Assembly (NCBI GenBank): GCA_963788655.1
Contig: CAWBHS010000062.1
Span: 32,001-96,000 of the forward strand
Direction of reading: 5' to 3'
Origin: an uncultured Verrucomicrobiae bacterium
GTDB taxonomy: Bacteria; Verrucomicrobiota; Verrucomicrobiia; Limisphaerales; JAFGQR01
DNA: 64,000 nucleotides
How positions within the stretch are numbered: the first letter of the stretch is position 1; each line of letters begins with the position of its first letter. A program made the position numbers and the translations under genes. Below the pieces are notes generated by a model. It saw only the letters and a list, made by a program, of their open reading frames with translations, made no database searches and was not told the DNA's origin. Below are positions 63,312 to 64,000 of the stretch, in pieces.

Positions 63312-63363
63312 TAGACGCGTGCGCAATTGCCCTGTCGTTTGCGGATTGCCTGGCCATCCCAAT

Positions 63364-64000
63364 ATGTGCAATGCTTCGGCCCCGGTGAATACATTCTGTC
63401 GATTCCAGATTCTTCTCGTCCTTTCCAGCATTTTTTTTAATTCTGCGGAGCCTCCAGGCTGCCACGCCGAAAAGGTGCCTTCTCCACCGACAAAAACGAA
63501 CTTCCAGGAATCTGACGAGAGCGCCGAGCTTTTTGATAAAGCTGCAAGACATCCTGCAAATCCATTTGCGGATCAGCGAGGAGGACATTGCCAAGTTGCG
63601 GCTTCATCCACGGACTTATATTTCCGCGATTCTTGAAGAACGGGACCGCATCCACCGGAACGTGGCCGTTAAACTCAAAGGAGGCACCGGCAGCTTTCGT
63701 AGCATCGATGAGAAGCCTTGCTTTACCATAAATTCTGATAAGTTCAACAAGGGCCAACGGTTTCATGGTCTGGACAAATTCCACCTGAACAACTCCGTGC
63801 AGGATTACACGTACCTATGCGAAGTGATTTGTTCCGAATTGTTCCTTCAAGCCGGCGTGCCCACCCCCAGAGCGACCCATGCCATTGTTACGCTAAACAA
63901 CCGGCGCCTCGGTCTCTACGTGCTCAAGGAAGGCTTTGATAGGACGTTTCTCCAGCGGCATTTCAAGAATCCTCACGGCAACCTTTATGATGGCGGCACC
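63364..64000 (+). CDS. CotH kinase family protein (partial; frameshift near 63540; absent from the ORF track)
   Basis: Manual translation gives NVAVKLKGGTGSFRSIDEKPCFT...GLDKFHLNNSVQD...AGVPTPRATHA...LGLYVLKEGFD...GNLYDGG. Confidence 0.85.

Overview
GC-rich bacterial chromosomal window. Gene style (H-X9-DG-like prepilin fusion, Gld-like ABC system, large secreted glycan enzymes, short C-terminal '...FY.V' domains) suggests a subdivision-3 Verrucomicrobium; this is inference only. It holds about 45 CDS. Housekeeping genes: dnaJ, rsmE, tlyA, NAD kinase, phosphomannomutase, mtnA, cydAB and Ppx/GppA. Also present: two PilT-family ATPases, a three-gene minor-pilin cluster, sugar transport and glycoside-hydrolase-like genes, an ADP-forming acyl-CoA ligase beside a CoA-transferase-GNAT fusion, a P-II protein with an atypical T-loop, a secreted protein made of a near-identical 1329-bp tandem duplication behind Pho-box-like repeats, an intact IS630, and a partial CotH kinase. 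About 16 genes are broken by single-base indels, most likely long-read assembly errors. The least explained signal is non-coding. A four-helix-bundle (IVP/Avd-like) gene is bracketed by inverted 7-bp-period arrays, related gene-less 7-mer arrays are scattered through the window, and several REP-like palindrome families stack into composite clusters, often between convergent genes. No rRNA, tRNA or CRISPR array was recognised.
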